Assembly: GCA_011523635.1 (NCBI GenBank) | Contig: WTGI01000077.1 | Coordinates: forward strand, 1,006-65,005 | DNA from: Acidimicrobiia bacterium | GTDB lineage: Bacteria > Actinomycetota > Acidimicrobiia > Spongiisociales > Spongiisociaceae | Length of the DNA stretch: 64,000 nucleotides | Direction of reading: 5' to 3' | Notes under the pieces: generated by a model | What the model saw: the letters and a program-made list of their open reading frames with translations, nothing else | Databases searched by the model: none | What the model was told of the DNA's origin: nothing | Made by a program: the position numbers and the translations under genes | In this document: positions 27,448-37,721 of the stretch, one piece after another | How the letters are laid out: each line of letters begins with the position of its first letter | Numbering within the stretch: position 1 is the first letter of the stretch

Positions 27448-29040
27448 TTGGTATCGTCTGGGAGGCCGGCTAGAACGGAAGGTCAATTGGTCACGCCCAC
27501 CGACCGCTCCTCTCAGACCCGCGTGCCCATATGGCGCAACGTGGTCGTCATCAAATGGGCCACCCAACTCGGAATCCTCGTCGGCCTCCTCTGGCTGGGT
27601 TACGTCGTCATCACCCAGGCCACCGCCAATCTCCGGGCTACCGGCATCCCGTTCTCGTGGGACTTCCTCGGCGAACCACTGGGCGTCAAACTCGGCGAGG
27701 GGTTCAACACCGATCCCGAGTCGGGCCTGGAGGCGCTGGCGGTGGGAATGGTCAACATGTTGAGGGTCACCTGGAGCGGTGTCATCGCCGCCACCATCCT
27801 CGGCACGGTGATCGGGATTTCGAGGCTGTCGTCCAACTGGATCGTCTCGCGGATCGCCAACGCCTACATCGAGTTCTTCCGCAACATCCCGCTGCTCGTC
27901 CAGATCCTCTTCTGGCAGGCGCTGATCGTCGGGCTCCTGCCGGATCTGACCCCCGAGATGGAGGGGTCCCGATGGCTGTTCGCCAGCCCCAAGGGCATCG
28001 CCATGCCCTGGCTCACCCCCCTGGCCGGCCGCTGGCAGTACACCGTGGTGCTGATCGTCGGCGTGGTGGCGGCGCGCTGGGTGTACCGGCGCCGGATCGC
28101 GCTCCAGGAGCGAGAGGGGCACGATACCCACGCCTTCGCTTGGTCGATCGGCACTTTCGCCGTCTTCCTGGTGGGAGGATGGTTCGCCCATCCCGCCGCC
28201 GGAGTATTGGGATGGCTGTTCACCGCCCTCGCCTGGGTGGCCGGGGTCGTACCGGTGATCGGTCTCCAGCTGGTGCTGGCCGCCCTCGCTGTCTCGTTGG
28301 CAGCCCGCTACATCGTGCGTTACCTGAGGCGGCTCCGGTCGCCCGCCGGTATGGCCAAACTCTCCGACGACGACTACTTCCGCCTGGCAGTGGCGGCCGT
28401 GGTGGGTATCGGGGTGATGCTGTTCTTCGTATCCGGGGCCGGGCAGGCAACCCTATCCAGTGTTCTGGGACGGACGCTCTGGTACCAGATGAACTGGGGA
28501 TTCGAGCCGCTCTTCGACTTCCTGGCGTCAAGGTTCGACTTTGCCGGCGGCGCCCCCCTGCGCTTCACCCTTCCCGAGGTGGTGGTGCCCACCAGGTTCC
28601 CCCAGTACTCCCACGAGGTCGGTAAGGCGCTCACACCGGGCTTCATGGCGGTCTGGATGGGAGTCACGCTCTACACCGCCGCCTTCATCGCCGAGATCGT
28701 GCGGGCCGGGATCATGGCCGTGCCGCGCGGTCAGGGCGAGGCCGCCGCGGCGGTCGGTCTGCGCCGGGGCCAGGTGCTGCGCCTGGTCGTGCTGCCCCAG
28801 GCCTTCCGGATCATCCTTCCCCCGCTCGGTTCCCAGTACCTGAACCTGGCCAAGAACACCTCCTTGGGTATCGCCGTGGCCTACGCCGACATCGTCCAGG
28901 TCGGCCAGACCATCTTCAACCAGGAAGGCCAGGCATTGGCGGTGTTCATCTTCTGGATGGGCTTCTACTCGCTCGTGAGCCTGATCCTGTCGGGCATCGT
29001 GAACTACTACAACCGCAAGATGGCCCTGGTGGAGCGCTGA
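27448..29040 (+). CDS. amino-acid ABC transporter permease (AapQ-like) with long N-terminal extension
   Basis: C-terminal EAA-loop region ...EAAAAVGLRRGQVLRLVVLPQAFRIILPPLGSQYLNLAKNTSL typical of polar amino-acid permeases. Exact start uncertain (CTG/TTG/GTG candidates). Confidence 0.75.
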   Translation: MVSSGRPARTEGQLVTPTDRSSQTRVPIWRNVVVIKWATQLGILVGLLWLGYVVITQATANLRATGIPFSWDFLGEPLGVKLGEGFNTDPESGLEALAVGMVNMLRVTWSGVIAATILGTVIGISRLSSNWIVSRIANAYIEFFRNIPLLVQILFWQALIVGLLPDLTPEMEGSRWLFASPKGIAMPWLTPLAGRWQYTVVLIVGVVAARWVYRRRIALQEREGHDTHAFAWSIGTFAVFLVGGWFAHPAAGVLGWLFTALAWVAGVVPVIGLQLVLAALAVSLAARYIVRYLRRLRSPAGMAKLSDDDYFRLAVAAVVGIGVMLFFVSGAGQATLSSVLGRTLWYQMNWGFEPLFDFLASRFDFAGGAPLRFTLPEVVVPTRFPQYSHEVGKALTPGFMAVWMGVTLYTAAFIAEIVRAGIMAVPRGQGEAAAAVGLRRGQVLRLVVLPQAFRIILPPLGSQYLNLAKNTSLGIAVAYADIVQVGQTIFNQEGQALAVFIFWMGFYSLVSLILSGIVNYYNRKMALVER

Positions 29041-29041
29041 T

Positions 29042-31528
29042 ATGACCGACCCCGCATCCGCCGGCGTTGCCGCCGACATGACCGAGCGGGCTCCCGAGCC
29101 CCCACCCACCGGGCCGTGGCGCTGGATGCGCGAGAACCTCTTCTCGGGCCACACCTGGGGACAGATCGCCTTCAACTCCTTCCTCACCCTGGCCTTCGCC
29201 CTGGTGCTCCTGAACATCCTGCGGTTCATCACCTCTTACCTCTTCGCTCCGGAACGCAAATGGGCGGCGGTCACCCACAATGCGAAGCTGCTGATGGTCC
29301 AGGCCTTCCCGCAGGACGACCTGATCCGGATCTGGACGTCCCTGGGCATATTCATCGTCCTGGTGGTCTGGTCACTGGCGTCCTGGAAGGTGGGAGGACG
29401 GCTCGAGCTCACCACCTTCGCGGGAGGTGTGAGGAGCGGCGCCGTGCTGGTGGCGGTGACGGCGATCATGCACCATGCGGCCGAGGCGCGCACATTCGGC
29501 ATTCCCATCCTGGCATTCGACTCGCCCGCCGCCTGGAGCAACGTACGTGCCTGGATACTCCTCGCCGCCGTCCTGGTGGCCGTCCTGGCCCACTTCGCCG
29601 TCCGGTGGAGCCGCGCCGCCACCCCGTCGCCCACGATCCCGCTGCTGACCGTGCCGGTGATGGTCATGGCGGCGGTGGCCGCGCTCCTATGGACCGTGGA
29701 ACTCCCGGTTCCGTTGGGCCAGTTCGACCAGACCACCGCACCGATAGCCGCCACCACCGCGGGCCCGTGGACGACTCTGTTCGTCCTGGCGGTGGCCGCC
29801 TACCCCCTCGGGATCCTGATCGAGCGCATCTGGCCCCGCGCCTTCCGGCGGTTCCTGATCTCGGCCTGGGTCCTCTCCTATCCGGTGATCATCTTCATCA
29901 TCCAGCGCAACCCGGTCCTCGACTGGACCGACATGATCCTGCTACTGGGCATAGTGCTGGGCGCCGGCGCGCTCCGGGTGCTGGTCGCTCTGCCCAGAGG
30001 GCCGACCGGCGCCGCGGTGGCGGCAGCCATCGGGCTGGTGATAGCCGCCCTGCCACTCGCTTCCGCAGAGGAGCCGCTCTGGGTCGCGGTGGGGTTGGTG
30101 CTGGTCGGGGTGGCGACGCTTATCACCGCCCTGACGATCAAGGAGCCGGTGGTGATGGTCAGGGCGTCGGCTGCGGGCCTGGTCCTGGCCAGCCTGTTGG
30201 TCTGGCTCGTCTCGATGCCGTTCCTGTTCCGGGTGCTGGTCACTGCCTTCACCCTGTTCCTGCTCGTAGCGCCCGCCGTCGGACGAACGCAACGGGGCAG
30301 GACCAACCTGGTCCGGGTCTGGGTAGCGGCCACGGTGGTGGCGGTGGTGGCGGTCCGGCTGGGAGCCACGTTCGACGACGGCTCGAGCCTGACCGCCTTC
30401 CTGCGCTCGGATGTGGTCTCCATCCTCCTGGCAGTCGTACTGGGTGGCGGCGCGCTCTGGGTTCTGGGCCTCCCGCCCAGAGGGTATGCCTCGAGCGCGG
30501 TGGTGGCGGCCATCGGGCTGGCGGCGGCCGCCCTGCCGTTCGCCTCCGGGGAGGAGCCGCTCTGGCTCACCGTGGGGTTGGTGCTAGTCGGCCTGGCGAT
30601 ACTGGCCGCCGCCCTCACGATCAAGGAGCCGGTGGAGATGGTTCGCGCATCGGCTGCAGGCCTGGCGGTGGTATGCCTGTCGATCTGGTTCATCCCGATG
30701 CCGTTCCTCTACCGCACCCTGATCGTCTCCTTCACCCTGTTCCTGCTGGTGACACCCACCTTCGGAGGAACGCAGCGGGGAAGGACCAACCTGGTCCGAG
30801 CCTGGACAGCCGTTGCGGTGCTGATAGTGGTGGGATTCCGGCTGGGCGCTGCCAGCACATCCCTCGAGTTCCAGGGAACCACCTTCCTGGGCGGTTTCAA
30901 CCTGACCATCCTCCTGGCCGTCAGCGGCATCGCCCTGTCCCTTCCCGTCGGCCTGATCCTCGCCCTGGCGCGAACCTCCTCGATGCCCATCTTCCGCCTG
31001 CTGGCCACCGGATACATCGAACTGGTCCGGAGCGTGCCGATGATCACCTGGCTGTTCTTCGGCTCGGCCATGCTGACCGCCTTCCTTCCCGCCGGAGTGG
31101 AGTTCGACGAGATCGTGCGGATAGTCGCGGCCATCACCATCTTCAACTCGGCCTACGTGGCCGAGAACATCAGGGGAGGATTGCAGGCCATCGACCGGGG
31201 CCAGTACGAGGCGGCCAGGGCTGCGGGCCTGAGCATCGTCCAGTCCACCTCGCTGGTGATCCTGCCCCAAGCGGTGCGGACGGTGATCCCGGCGCTGGTC
31301 GGGTCGATCATCGTCGCCTTCAAGGACACCTCGCTGGTGGCCATAATCGGGCTGGCAGACATCCTGCTGATCGCTCGCAGCTTTATACCCCAGCAGAGCG
31401 ACCCCAACTTCCAGGGCACCCTGCCCCAGATGATGTTCTTCATGGCGTTGTTCTACTGGATAGTCACCTTCACGATCTCGAAGCTGAGCATGCGCTACGA
31501 GCGCAGTCTCGGTCTTGGAGAACGCTGA
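29042..31528 (+). CDS. amino-acid ABC transporter permease (AapM-like) with ~550-aa N-terminal membrane extension containing a tandem duplication
   Basis: C-terminal ...[43 protein letters not shown] is a permease EAA loop. The N-terminal half has many TM segments and two ~161-aa repeats. Confidence 0.75.
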   Translation: MTDPASAGVAADMTERAPEPPPTGPWRWMRENLFSGHTWGQIAFNSFLTLAFALVLLNILRFITSYLFAPERKWAAVTHNAKLLMVQAFPQDDLIRIWTSLGIFIVLVVWSLASWKVGGRLELTTFAGGVRSGAVLVAVTAIMHHAAEARTFGIPILAFDSPAAWSNVRAWILLAAVLVAVLAHFAVRWSRAATPSPTIPLLTVPVMVMAAVAALLWTVELPVPLGQFDQTTAPIAATTAGPWTTLFVLAVAAYPLGILIERIWPRAFRRFLISAWVLSYPVIIFIIQRNPVLDWTDMILLLGIVLGAGALRVLVALPRGPTGAAVAAAIGLVIAALPLASAEEPLWVAVGLVLVGVATLITALTIKEPVVMVRASAAGLVLASLLVWLVSMPFLFRVLVTAFTLFLLVAPAVGRTQRGRTNLVRVWVAATVVAVVAVRLGATFDDGSSLTAFLRSDVVSILLAVVLGGGALWVLGLPPRGYASSAVVAAIGLAAAALPFASGEEPLWLTVGLVLVGLAILAAALTIKEPVEMVRASAAGLAVVCLSIWFIPMPFLYRTLIVSFTLFLLVTPTFGGTQRGRTNLVRAWTAVAVLIVVGFRLGAASTSLEFQGTTFLGGFNLTILLAVSGIALSLPVGLILALARTSSMPIFRLLATGYIELVRSVPMITWLFFGSAMLTAFLPAGVEFDEIVRIVAAITIFNSAYVAENIRGGLQAIDRGQYEAARAAGLSIVQSTSLVILPQAVRTVIPALVGSIIVAFKDTSLVAIIGLADILLIARSFIPQQSDPNFQGTLPQMMFFMALFYWIVTFTISKLSMRYERSLGLGER

Positions 31529-31553
31529 TGGCCGAATCACTGAGGAGGATTTC

Positions 31554-32297
31554 ATGACCACTAACGGATCTCAGGCGATCATCTGCGAGGACGTAAAGAA
31601 GTGGTTCGGTGACTTCCAGGCTCTGAGCGGGGTGAGCACCTCGATCGGCTGGGGCGAGGTGGTGGTGGTGATCGGACCTTCCGGGTCCGGCAAGTCCACC
31701 TTCATCCGTTGCATCAACCGCCTCGAGGCCCACCAGGCGGGGCGGATCGTTGTGGACGGGATGGAGCTGACCAACGACCTCCGCAACATCGACGCCATCC
31801 GCCGCGAGGTCGGCATGGTCTTCCAGCAGTTCAACCTGTTCCCCCACCTCACGGTCATGCAGAACATCACCCTGGCGCCCATCTGGGCCCGAAACCGGAC
31901 GCGGTCGGATTCCGAGGCCGCCGCCATGAAGCTGCTCGAGCGGGTGGGCATACCAGAGCAGGCGCACAAGTATCCGGGCCAACTATCGGGAGGCCAGCAA
32001 CAGCGGGTGGCCATAGCCCGCGCCCTGGCCATGAACCCGAAGATCATGCTCTTCGACGAGCCCACCTCGGCGCTCGACCCCGAGATGATCAAAGAGGTCC
32101 TAGATGTGATGAAGGAGCTGGCCGAGTCGGGCATGACGATGATCGTGGTCACCCACGAAATGGGTTTCGCCCGCGAAGTCGCCGATCGGGTGCTCTTCTT
32201 CGACTACGGGATGGTTGTGGAAGAAGGAACTCCGGAGCACTTCTTCCACAACCCCCAGCACGACCGCACCAAGCTGTTCCTCAGCCAAATCCTTTAG
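31554..32297 (+). CDS. amino-acid ABC transporter ATP-binding protein
   Basis: Walker [13 protein letters not shown] signature [15 protein letters not shown], Walker [22 protein letters not shown] before ATG 31554. Confidence 0.9.
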   Translation: MTTNGSQAIICEDVKKWFGDFQALSGVSTSIGWGEVVVVIGPSGSGKSTFIRCINRLEAHQAGRIVVDGMELTNDLRNIDAIRREVGMVFQQFNLFPHLTVMQNITLAPIWARNRTRSDSEAAAMKLLERVGIPEQAHKYPGQLSGGQQQRVAIARALAMNPKIMLFDEPTSALDPEMIKEVLDVMKELAESGMTMIVVTHEMGFAREVADRVLFFDYGMVVEEGTPEHFFHNPQHDRTKLFLSQIL

Positions 32298-33215
32298 CTA
32301 TTCGGTTGCGCCTTCCTTGAACATCTCGCCGATCGCGGCCACCGCGCCCAGCAACCCTGACGTGTCGAGCGGCAGGAATATCTTGGTGGCCTGACCGTCG
32401 GCGATGCCCTGCAGAGTCTCCAGGTATTTGATGGCGATCAGGTCATCGGTCGGATCGCCGTTGTGGATCGCCAGGAAGACCCTCTCGATGGCCTGGCCCT
32501 CACCCTCGGCCACCGTGAGCTTCTGGTACTTGTCCGCGTCGGCCACCCGCTTGATGGCCTCAGCCTCACCTTCGGCCCGAAGGATGGCCGACTGCTTGAC
32601 ACCCTCTGCCTGGAGGATGGCGGCTCGCTTCTCGCCCTCGGCTTCGGTCACCACCGCCCGGCGGCCTCGCTCCGCCTTCATCTGGCGGTGCATGGCCTCG
32701 GTCACGTCCGGCGGCGGCTCGATCCGCTGGATCTCCACCCGCACAACCCTCGTTCCCCACTTGTCGGTGGCGTCGTCGAGGATCTGGCGGAGCTTGCTGT
32801 TGATGACCTCGCGGGAGACCAGGGCCTCGTCCAGCTGGAGGTCGCCGACCACGTTACGCAGGTTGGTCTGGGCCAGCTTGGTGATGGCCAGGATGAAGTT
32901 CCCGACCGCGTACTTGAGCTTCACCGGATCGGTCGCCTCGAAATAGATCACCGCGTCCACCGTGACGACCACGTTGTCCTTGGTGATGACCTCCTGCGGC
33001 GGCACGTCCACCACCTGCTCCCGCATGTCGACCTTCAGGATTCTCTGCACGAACGGGATGACGAACCGGAGCCCGGGCGAGACGGTCCTCTGGTACTTGC
33101 CGAGGAACTCGATCAGACCCTGCTCGTACGGCCGCACGATGCGGAACCCGCTCGCTGCTATCAGCAAGACCGCCAGGGCAATGATGCCTAGAAGCAATAC
33201 GCCCGCTACCTCCAT
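32298..33215 (-). CDS. SPFH/band-7 (stomatin/prohibitin-like) protein
   Basis: N-terminal TM then SPFH domain ...[30 protein letters not shown]...; coiled-coil C-terminus. Confidence 0.85.
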   Translation of the reverse strand: MEVAGVLLLGIIALAVLLIAASGFRIVRPYEQGLIEFLGKYQRTVSPGLRFVIPFVQRILKVDMREQVVDVPPQEVITKDNVVVTVDAVIYFEATDPVKLKYAVGNFILAITKLAQTNLRNVVGDLQLDEALVSREVINSKLRQILDDATDKWGTRVVRVEIQRIEPPPDVTEAMHRQMKAERGRRAVVTEAEGEKRAAILQAEGVKQSAILRAEGEAEAIKRVADADKYQKLTVAEGEGQAIERVFLAIHNGDPTDDLIAIKYLETLQGIADGQATKIFLPLDTSGLLGAVAAIGEMFKEGATE

Positions 33216-33254
33216 CGGATTTCCTTTCTCTGGTGTTCTCTAGTGGGTTGGTCT

Positions 33255-33737
33255 CTAGTGGACTTCTCTGACTACCAGGCGGGTACCTCGCAGGTCCACC
33301 ACTTGCACCCTTCTACCCTCTTCGATGGGCTCGCCGTCGGTGACGGCCCGCCATTCCTCCGCCTCGACCCTGATCAGCCCGGTGTTGGCGCCGGTGTCGA
33401 TCGTCTGCAGCACAAGAGCTTCCATCCCGACGTAGCGACCGGGCCCCACCACCAGACCCCCGTCCTCATCCTGGGCCCTCATGAAACGGCGCACGTACAG
33501 GAAGGAAAGTCCAGTACCGACGAAGAAGAGCAACCACTGGACGATGTCGCTCAGGCCTGTCCAGGCGGCGATCGCGGCGAGGCCGGCACCGATCGCGAAC
33601 GGGAGCAGGAAGAACCCGGCCGTGACGATCTCCCCGAGACCCATGAACAGGGCCAGTCCGGTCCACACCCATCTCCAGACTTCGTTGTCCATCATCGTCT
33701 CCAGTCTCCATGAGGACGGTCGCGCGGCCGTCACCAT
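33255..33737 (-). CDS. NfeD-family membrane protein (partner of the SPFH protein)
   Basis: TM helices plus C-terminal OB-fold-like ...GEPIEEGRRVQVVDLRGTRLVVREV. Operon with the band-7 gene. Confidence 0.75.
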   Translation of the reverse strand: MVTAARPSSWRLETMMDNEVWRWVWTGLALFMGLGEIVTAGFFLLPFAIGAGLAAIAAWTGLSDIVQWLLFFVGTGLSFLYVRRFMRAQDEDGGLVVGPGRYVGMEALVLQTIDTGANTGLIRVEAEEWRAVTDGEPIEEGRRVQVVDLRGTRLVVREVH

Positions 33738-33854
33738 GGATCACCACGCCCTGCCCGGATAACCTTGCCCGGGCGAATCCTGCCGTCAGGTCGCCTAACC
33801 GGATGTCCCCGTCAAGGATACTGACACCGTCTCCTTAACCTAGACTGGCACGGC

Positions 33855-34043
33855 ATGTACGGACCCCTGAACGGTGTACGGGTAGCGCTGGTGACGCTGG
33901 CGGTGATCGCTGCCCTGTTCGCCGCAGTTCTCGGTCACTGGATAGTCACCCTGATCCTGCTTGCCGGCGTGGCCATTCATGGTCTCGGCTGGCTCTACCT
34001 AGCCCAACAAGCCAAGCTGGAATCAACCGATACTGGTCGGTAA
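33855..34043 (+). CDS. small hypothetical membrane protein (2 TM)
   Basis: 62-aa ORF with two hydrophobic helices. Only ORF-level support. Confidence 0.3.
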   Translation: MYGPLNGVRVALVTLAVIAALFAAVLGHWIVTLILLAGVAIHGLGWLYLAQQAKLESTDTGR

Positions 34044-34052
34044 CACTAGCGA

Positions 34053-34952
34053 CTAATAGTACCGGGGGAAGCGTGAGAAGTCCTTCGGACGCTTCTCCAC
34101 GAAGGCATCCCGCCCCTCTTGGGCCTCTTCGGTCATGTAGCCGAGGCGGGTGGCCTCGCCGGCGAAGACCTGCTGGCCCACCAGACCATCATCGATCAGG
34201 TTGAAGGCAAACTTGAGCATCCGCTGTGACATGGGGCTCTTGGCGTTGATGACCCCGGCCCACTCCAGCGCGGTCTCCTCCAGTTCCGCATGGGGCACCA
34301 CCTTGTTGACCATCCCCATACGAAAAGCTTCGGTGGCCGAGTAGTCGGCGCCCAGGAAGAAGATCTCGCGGGCCCGCTTCTGGCCGACCATGCGGGTCAG
34401 GTAGGCCGAGCCGAACCCGGCGTCGAACGAGGCCACATCGGAGTCGGTCTGCTTGAAGACGGCGTGCTCCTCCGAAGCCAGGGTCAGGTCGCAGACCACG
34501 TGGAGGCTGTGGCCACCCCCGACCGCCCAACCCGGCACGACCGCGATGACCACCTTCGGCATGAACCGGATCAGGCGCTGGACCTCGAGGACGTGGAGCC
34601 TTCCGAGACGCGCCGGGTCGATGTCGGCGGCGCCTTCACCCTCGGCGTACATGTAACCGGCCCGACCGCGAATGCGCTGGTCCCCGCCCGACGAGAAGGC
34701 CCAACCACCGTCCTTGGGAGACGGGCCGTTCCCGGTAACCAGGACAGTCCCCACGTCGCTCCACTGCCGGGCGTGATCGAGGGCGACATAGAGCTCGTCC
34801 ACCGTCTGCGGCCGGAAGGCATTACGCACCTCCGGTCGGTCGAAAGCCACCCGGACCGTTCCCTGATCGACCGCCCGGTGGTAGGTGATGTCGTCGAAGG
34901 AGAAGCCCTCTACGGGGTGCCAGGCATCGGGGTCGAACAGCTCGGAGACCAT
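34053..34952 (-). CDS. menB: 1,4-dihydroxy-2-naphthoyl-CoA synthase
   Basis: Crotonase fold with MenB signature ...FSSGGDQRIRG...GWAVGGGHSLHVVCDLTLAS...EGRDAFVEKRPKDFSRFPRYY. Confidence 0.85.
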   Translation of the reverse strand: MVSELFDPDAWHPVEGFSFDDITYHRAVDQGTVRVAFDRPEVRNAFRPQTVDELYVALDHARQWSDVGTVLVTGNGPSPKDGGWAFSSGGDQRIRGRAGYMYAEGEGAADIDPARLGRLHVLEVQRLIRFMPKVVIAVVPGWAVGGGHSLHVVCDLTLASEEHAVFKQTDSDVASFDAGFGSAYLTRMVGQKRAREIFFLGADYSATEAFRMGMVNKVVPHAELEETALEWAGVINAKSPMSQRMLKFAFNLIDDGLVGQQVFAGEATRLGYMTEEAQEGRDAFVEKRPKDFSRFPRYY

Positions 34953-35869
34953 CAGGAGCGCGGCATGTCGCTCGGGGCGCCGGCGCAGCAGGCGACCTCC
35001 GGACCGTATGCCGCCACCGCGGCCGCCCGGTCATCCTGATTCTGGTACTGGGGGGTGTCGTGACGGGGGGTGCGATGGTCCTCCGGTCGCAGCGCTTCTT
35101 CCTTCCATGGCGCGGGCCACGTGTAACCCAAGTCCACGATCCCCGGCCGGTCCATGGTCTCGAACAGGGCCAGGGCGTCGCGCATGATCGACCGCTGCTC
35201 CCCGGGCCGGTCAGGCGGCCCGCAGGTGTGTCCTAGCGGGAAGTCGGTGAAAGCCGCCCGAGGCGGGTTGGCCGACGCGGTGATGGAGCGCGCGCTGGTC
35301 ATGGACAGGGTGGGGACGCCCTTCCGCTCGATCGCCCTGCTGACCAGCCCAACTGACTGGTGGCATACCGGTCAGACGGGTACCAGCAGCACCGCGTCCG
35401 CCCCCATTTCGAGGGTACGGTCCACCAATACCGGGATCAACTCGGAGGCCAGCCGGCGCTGCGAGTAGATGCCGCCCATGAAGGTGAGCGCCAGCGGTGC
35501 CAGCTCCCCCACAGTGCCCTCGGCGACCAGATAGCGAAGGGTGTCGATCGGGAAGACCACGTTTGGATCCCGCCGGGCGGCGGCCGGATCGAAGGCGAAG
35601 TGAGTCACCCGGAGCTCGGTGCTGTCCACGTCGGTGGGGATCTCCCGGTGGGTCACGTCATCTCGATGGGTGAAGGCCACTTGCCCGTGCCGGTAGATCC
35701 CACCGGATGCGATCAACCCCAACCGGGCTTCCGAGAGCGGTTTGCCGAGCGTGGCCCACGAAGGCGGGTCATCGTTTAGGGCCCAGCGGTAGGGCCGGTA
35801 GCCCAGGCGGGTGTAGGTCTCCCTGGTTACGGCGATGTAGTCGATCGGTCGGCGGTCGGACTCGGCCAT
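34952..35869 (-). CDS. candidate selenoprotein (GrdB/PrdB-like reductase family?) with in-frame TGA (Sec) at 35372-35374
   Basis: ORFs 35372-36088 and 34952-35302 are in the same frame, separated by a single TGA. Read-through gives ...ADAVLLVPV-U-PVCHQSVG... (UxxC). Stop overlaps the menB start (ATGA). Start chosen at ATG 35869; the ORF opens at 36088. Confidence 0.45.
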
Positions 35870-35974
35870 ACGCCCGATTGTAGAACGCCGCCCGGCCACC
35901 CAACGCAGCCTTCCAGGTCGGCGATCAGCCGGACGAACATGCAGGGTCGTCGGCTTGAGTAGGGTTCTGACCCT

Positions 35975-36862
35975 GTGTGGAAGATTCCGGAGCCGAGTTC
36001 GGTGCATGGTGTTCGTCTGGAGGACGGCACCCAGGTCACCCTGCGCCGCCATGGGAAAGCGTCGGGCCAGCGGCTCGTTCTGAGCCACGGCAACGGGCTG
36101 GCCATTGATCTTTATTTACCATTCTGGTCGTTACTTGCCGAAGATTTTGACCTTATACTCTACGATTTGAGGAACCATGGGTGGAACGAGACAGGATCTT
36201 TGAGAGCCCACACCATACCTACGTTTATTAAGGATCATGATAAAATTCTAGAGGCTATTGATGAGACCTTTGGACAGAAACCGAAGATAGGCGTCTTCCA
36301 TTCCTTGTCCGGCCTGGTAAGCCTGCTCTCATCTACAAGAGGTAGCGGCTTCGCGGCACGGTTCCTGCTGGATCCACCCCTGTGCACTCCTGGCAGAAGC
36401 TACGAGGAGTTCGACATAGCCGCTACCCGGACGGCCGCCATCGCACGCCGTCGTTCCGACCGGTTCCGCTCTTACGATGAGTTCGTGGGGCTTCTCGGCT
36501 TCTCGCCCGTCTTCCGTCACGTTGTACCGGGTGTCCTCGATCTGATGGCGAGGACCACTCTCCGTGAAGACGGTACCGGCGACACGTACAGCCTTAGATG
36601 CCCCCGGGAATATGAGGCACAGATAATCGACTACGCAAGCTCGTATTCGGTGCTTGTGGACTTCAACGATCTCGAGTGCCCGACCAAGGTCTTAGGAGCT
36701 GACCCCTTGGTACCGTACTCATACCTGCCCACACTCGACCTCAGCGACATGCTGAGTGTCGACTACGACTTCCTTCCGGAAGCCACCCACTTTCTTCCGC
36801 TCGAACAGCCAGAGCAGTGCGCGGCGATAGTACGCGACTACATCAACTCGATTAGTTTCTAG
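35975..36862 (+). CDS. alpha/beta-hydrolase fold protein
   Basis: HGNG oxyanion region (LVLSHGNGLA) and nucleophile elbow GVFHSLSGL. Contains a local AT-rich codon patch (36100-36300). Confidence 0.7.
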   Translation: MWKIPEPSSVHGVRLEDGTQVTLRRHGKASGQRLVLSHGNGLAIDLYLPFWSLLAEDFDLILYDLRNHGWNETGSLRAHTIPTFIKDHDKILEAIDETFGQKPKIGVFHSLSGLVSLLSSTRGSGFAARFLLDPPLCTPGRSYEEFDIAATRTAAIARRRSDRFRSYDEFVGLLGFSPVFRHVVPGVLDLMARTTLREDGTGDTYSLRCPREYEAQIIDYASSYSVLVDFNDLECPTKVLGADPLVPYSYLPTLDLSDMLSVDYDFLPEATHFLPLEQPEQCAAIVRDYINSISF

Positions 36863-36895
36863 TCCGTATTTGCTGGTTACTAGTCAATTATCTGT

Positions 36896-36935
36896 ACTAG
36901 CAACTAGCAACTAGCAACTAGCAACTAGCAACTAG
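36896..36935. repeat. tandem heptamer repeat (ACTAGCA)x5
   Basis: actagcaactagcaactagcaactagcaactagcaactagg between convergent genes. Same motif at 42118, 49846 and 57615/57688. Confidence 0.8.
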
Positions 36936-37174
36936 GAATTGCTGTCGATAAAGGCTGCGACATCCTTCAACGTGTCCAACGCGTAGCAGTCCTCAACAGC
37001 AAACTCCACACCGAACTCTGCAGAAATCAGCTTCGCCAGGGCAACGGCCTCCAGGGAGGACACACCGGAGTTCATGAGGCTGATGTTCAGATCGTCCGGG
37101 ATGTCCAGCTTCTGGCCATCAACCTCGATGTTCTCGTTGACCAGACTGGTGAGCCGTTCGGCAGTTGAAGCCAT
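36932..37174 (-). CDS. acyl-carrier-protein-like (phosphopantetheine-binding) small protein
   Basis: 80-aa acidic four-helix-type protein with the serine in ...LMNSGVSSLEAVAL... at the expected PP-binding position. Confidence 0.55.
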   Translation of the reverse strand: MASTAERLTSLVNENIEVDGQKLDIPDDLNISLMNSGVSSLEAVALAKLISAEFGVEFAVEDCYALDTLKDVAAFIDSNS

Positions 37175-37241
37175 TGATACATTCCCCTCAGGTTCGCGAG
37201 CGTTCGCAGCCCTGGTAACAGAGCCGCGTGGTGAATCCTAG

Positions 37242-37706
37242 TCAATCAGCCCGCCGGTTCCGCATCCCCGTTGACGGGTTCCAGTCCGGATCCAGGTCGA
37301 TCAGGAACCGGGCGCATCGCTCGGCTTCGGGAAGTTCGCCGAGCCGGCCCGCCATCCGCGCCAGCCCGGAGACGCAGCGCAGGAATCCCCGATTCGGCTC
37401 GTCCTCCCACCTGACCGACTGGCTGCCGTTCCAGCCGTTGCCGCGCAGCGCATCCAGCCCCCGGTGGTAACCGACCCGGAAACAGGCATAGGCGGCGACC
37501 CCGTTCACCAGCGTGGCGTCGCTCCGCTCGTACCACTGCCCGAGGGCCGCCCAGGCATCCATCGAGTCGGGATGGGCGGCGACCACCCGGGCCAGTTCAT
37601 CGAGCGTCGAGGCAGAGCCGATCCGGCCCGACAAACCAGGATCGGAGGCGGGCAACACAACTCTGGGGCGCTCTCGGCCACCGAATCCGATCGGCTCGAA
37701 CTCCAC
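37242..37706 (-). CDS. hypothetical protein (actinobacterial DUF3151-like)
   Basis: ...AWAALGQWYE...AYACFRVGYHRGLDALRGNGWNG... pattern. No catalytic motif recognised. Confidence 0.45.
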   Translation of the reverse strand: MEFEPIGFGGRERPRVVLPASDPGLSGRIGSASTLDELARVVAAHPDSMDAWAALGQWYERSDATLVNGVAAYACFRVGYHRGLDALRGNGWNGSQSVRWEDEPNRGFLRCVSGLARMAGRLGELPEAERCARFLIDLDPDWNPSTGMRNRRAD

Positions 37707-37721
37707 GGGCGCTCCTCCCGG

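Noticed and set aside
29116-31557. 813-aa alternative-frame ORF spanning the second ABC permease
   Set aside because: The +1-frame product is extremely Arg/Gly/Pro-rich with no TM helices. The annotated frame gives a bona fide permease with an EAA loop.
35372-36088. Treating 35372-36088 and 34952-35302 as two independent genes / the long N-terminal extension to 36088
   Set aside because: Kept as a single candidate selenoprotein (same frame, UxxC). The N-terminal extension from 36088 is Arg-rich, overlaps the plus-strand hydrolase gene start region, and is judged spurious. Start placed at ATG 35869. The two-gene interpretation remains possible, hence moderate confidence.
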